This document shows positions 62,515 through 64,000 of a DNA stretch of 64,000 bases, in pieces. The notes under the pieces are model-generated. The model was not told where the DNA came from. It saw nothing but the letters and a program-made list of their open reading frames with translations, and did no database searches. A program made the position numbers and the translations under genes. The stretch spans positions 28,830,001 to 28,894,000 of the forward strand of contig NC_043010.1 in assembly GCF_006345805.1 (NCBI RefSeq), read 5' to 3'. Source of the stretch: Octopus sinensis (Eukaryota). The stretch's first letter is position 1; each line of letters starts with the position of its first letter.

Positions 62515-63342
62515 GTACTTTCTGTCAAAAGCCTTTTGTTAAGGCTTCGTAGCTAACAAAAGAAGAAAAACAAAAGCCCAACAAAAATAATATTTTATAC
62601 TTAAAATATAACAATTGTTTTTGCATAAGAACAAGCAGAGGGATTTAGTCAATACCATTAACTGTAGAACTTGATTGATACTCTATTTTATCAACCCGAA
62701 ACGGATGAAGGGGAATGTTGACCTGAGTAAAACCTGAACTCAGAATGTAAGGAACCAGAACAAATAGAAGACATCTTTTCCAATACTCCAACAACTCTGC
62801 CAGCTTGCTGCCTTTAAAGATGATCGTGATGATGGTGGTGGTTTTGGTGGTCTCAGTGGTGGAGATGATGATGATGATAATGACAAGGAAGGGGATGTCT
62901 ATGTTGATGTGAAATAAAACAATTATTGAAATATTGAATGGAGAAACCAAAATCGCAGTAATAAGAATAATAACAGCAACCACAACTTGAAAGAGAAAAG
63001 CACAACTAGCTGGCTTATGGTTCATATTTTGTCTATATTGTGTTGTGTCTAAAATCCTTTCTAATTTTGGCACAAGGCCAACAATTTTGAGGGGTGGGTG
63101 AATTTTATTACATCAAACCCAGTGCTCAACTGGTACTTATTTTATCGACTTCAAAAGTTGATGTTGGTAGCACTTGAACACGGAATGTAAAGAGCTGCTG
63201 AGCATTTTGTCTGGCGTGCTAATGGTTCTGTCAATTCACTGCCCTCACGTAGTGTCTATAATAAAGTTACTTAACACTTGTTGACAAAGTTCACATAGTT
63301 TTAATAAGTAATCAAAACATAAATATAATTCAATGGTTTCAG

Positions 63343-63497
63343 AGTGTTGTGCAAAATTAACATGGATTTTGGTAGCTTGTAGCACTAATATAATGAACCT
63401 CAGAAAGAAAAATTTAAGAACAGTCCCTCCATTTATAAAGTTTTCTATAGAAAATCTTGTGGATGCTTCAGCTAAGGATTATATTTGTTTCTTGATG
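63343..63497 (+). CDS. Candidate coding exon (CCAKLTWILVACSTNIMNLRKKNLRTVPPFIKFSIENLVDASAKDYICFLM), phase 1 to 0, unidentified gene
   Basis: Acceptor GGTTTCAG|, donor ATG|GTATGT, single open frame of 51 codons. Confidence 0.55.
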
Positions 63498-64000
63498 GTA
63501 TGTGTTTGTGTATTTATATGAAAGATTTCGTTTGTAATCATTTTTCAATCATCAAATTTAATCTGTATTCTGAATTTTTTTTCTCAAAGTATTTTTATCT
63601 TGTTTGATTTCATGGAAGTCTAAAAACAGACATATGCACACCTCCATGCAAATGCATAGTTAAATATCTTAAAAAGTCATGAAAATTAGACAAATATAGC
63701 AATGATTATAATGTTGGCAACTTGTATTTTGCATTGTAAATTTATAAAAAAATTTTTCATGGCAGCTGAAGTTACAAAAGGTTTGACACAGGCTGCACTA
63801 ACAAAAGAACTGCCAATATTGCAGCCAAATCTCCCATAAATTCCATCCTACCATCTTGAAAGATTTTATCTAAGCGTGAATGCCATCATAATATGACAGA
63901 AGCAATGCTGCTGTACAAACAAATTCTAAATTCCCTATAAGAGGCATGTTTTCCAAAATATTTATATAAATTCAAGAGGGCAATATCATTTATAAAACTT

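Noticed and set aside
62519-62552. Minus-strand exon LRSLNKRLLTE that would extend the 57.8-kb chain in phase
   Set aside because: Weak donor, and the adjacent plus-strand exon explains the region better

Overview
Eukaryotic, AT-rich, repeat-dominated DNA; no CRISPR, rRNA or intact tRNA gene was seen. The SINE families, (GAT)n-tailed RTE LINEs, abundant microsatellites and the C2H2 gene point to a coleoid cephalopod (octopus), which is an inference from pattern recognition. The only clearly intact coding sequence is a six-finger C2H2 zinc-finger ORF with a poly-His/Gln-Pro N-terminus (43746-44765, minus). Candidate spliced exons lie upstream of it on the minus strand (46.3-57.8 kb), and two lie on the plus strand (62.4 and 63.3 kb). 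The rest is a layered transposon record: hAT-Buster, Merlin and related 8-bp-TSD MITEs, a Helitron, CsRn1/Kabuki-type Gypsy remnants, Tigger, mariner, piggyBac MITE, RTE, RTE-BovB, R4/Dong, Tx1-like and HERO-like LINEs, and many SINEs. Most worth following up: a structurally complete minimal type-I hammerhead ribozyme (20180-20262, minus) next to a three-piece mosaic of neighbouring repeats; a possible alternative-last-exon or uORF architecture of the zinc-finger gene; a long hairpin downstream of it; and a MITE family carrying telomere-like G-rich repeats. Coordinates of degenerate repeats are approximate, and all family assignments come from recalled motifs, not database searches.
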